64,000 nucleotides of DNA, from positions 12,409,081 through 12,473,080 of the forward strand of contig CM119267.1 in the NCBI GenBank assembly GCA_051294375.1. The letters run 5' to 3'. Positions within the stretch are counted from its first letter, which is position 1, and each line of letters begins with the position of its first letter. The position numbers and the translations under genes are program-made. Below the pieces are notes generated by a model. That model did not search any database and was not told the DNA's origin. It saw nothing but the letters and a program-made list of their open reading frames with translations. This DNA is from Paraspadella gotoi (Eukaryota > Animalia > Chaetognatha). Of this stretch, positions 62,901-64,000 are shown piece after piece.

Positions 62901-64000
62901 CGGACCGACCGACCGAAAAGTGACTTATAGGTTGCTCCGAAGTACTCGCGGCCGCAACTAAAAACGAGGGTTGAAATCCTCTTGAAACGAGTGTCCATTT
63001 CCCCTGGCTTGGTTTGATAGTAAAATTATTTATCAAATGCCACAAAAATATGATAAGCTGTCGGAATCGTTTTACATACTGGAATTCTGTCTTGGCATGC
63101 CGACTTGTGTAATAGTTAAGGCAATAGGCAGTCGATTTGAACTGGAAATCTATTAGAGTATATTAGAAACCATTCATATGTTATATTTTTTTCTAAAGAA
63201 TAGATTTTTCGCCCTATAATTACTTTCTCTTAATCTCGTTATTTCTTTCGTTTCGTTGTGTTGTTTGGATGATAGAAGACGTTTTAGATTGTTTAAACAA
63301 CGATTTTATTATTATAATTAAACAATCTAAAACAGTCTTCTATAATTTTTACTCTATATTTTATCATTGTTATAATTACGAAATACGTTATTTCTCGTGA
63401 TGCTACAATTTGCTTTTTAAACGACTGCTTCTTAGGCTTATGTGGCTGCTTTTTGCTGTTTTTTTAAAACTCCTTCATTTATTTAATTTATTACGGACTG
63501 AGTGTTAAAAAAACCAGTTTTAGCAAACAATGTCGGATCTGCCTACGATAATTAAGCGATAATCAGTCTTATCAGACGATAATTCACGATAAATCTTTCA
63601 AATAGTGATCCTAACTGATCATAAGAGATCATACCATACCAAACCAATGCAGTGGCTGCGCCAATACATGTAAATCGCTTGCAAGGATGTATTCTATTCA
63701 CATCATTTTCAACTCGCATCATTTTTTCAATTCTGCATCATTTTTTTCAACTTTGCATTCATTTTTCAACTTGCATCATTTTTTAAAATTTGCATCATTT
63801 TTTTAACTTGCATATTTTTTCAACTTGCATCATTTTTTCACTTTAATTAATTAATTAAAAATATTAATAAAGTAAGTCATAAATAATAAAGATTTCAAGT
63901 TAATGTGCTTAATTTTTTTTTCATTCATTAAACTCATTTCCCACTTGGTAAAATTCCATCGAAAACTTTATTATCTATACTTCGTCACACACTTTCCTAC

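Overview
AT-rich, repeat-dense eukaryotic (most likely invertebrate animal) genomic DNA from a gap-filled draft assembly. About 21.6-52 kb is a duplicated block with many indel errors and several exactly 25-N gaps, so copy number is unreliable. Main finding: three divergent families of short LTR-type non-autonomous retroelements (TRIM-like). Each LTR holds a tRNA-derived Pol III promoter followed directly by a circularly permuted (type P5) twister ribozyme, and the stems and the T1 pseudoknot covary between families. Two families have two-LTR elements with a tRNA-Trp-type primer-binding site, so the predicted system is a twister-based LTR retrozyme that could release and circularise a ~0.4-0.46 kb RNA. 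Protein-coding content: (i) an intronless ~1,600-aa SAMD9-family STAND NTPase with an N-terminal HEPN domain in place of SAM (one nearly clean copy, one error-ridden copy); (ii) a 5-exon, ~320-aa type I membrane protein (signal peptide, vWA, TM, integrin-beta-like NPxY tail) that the ORF track misses; (iii) a decayed LINE reverse transcriptase split by a Helentron-type insertion. The rest is HINE/DINE-1-like elements, hAT MITEs and mini/microsatellites. All calls are by eye; no database searches were run.
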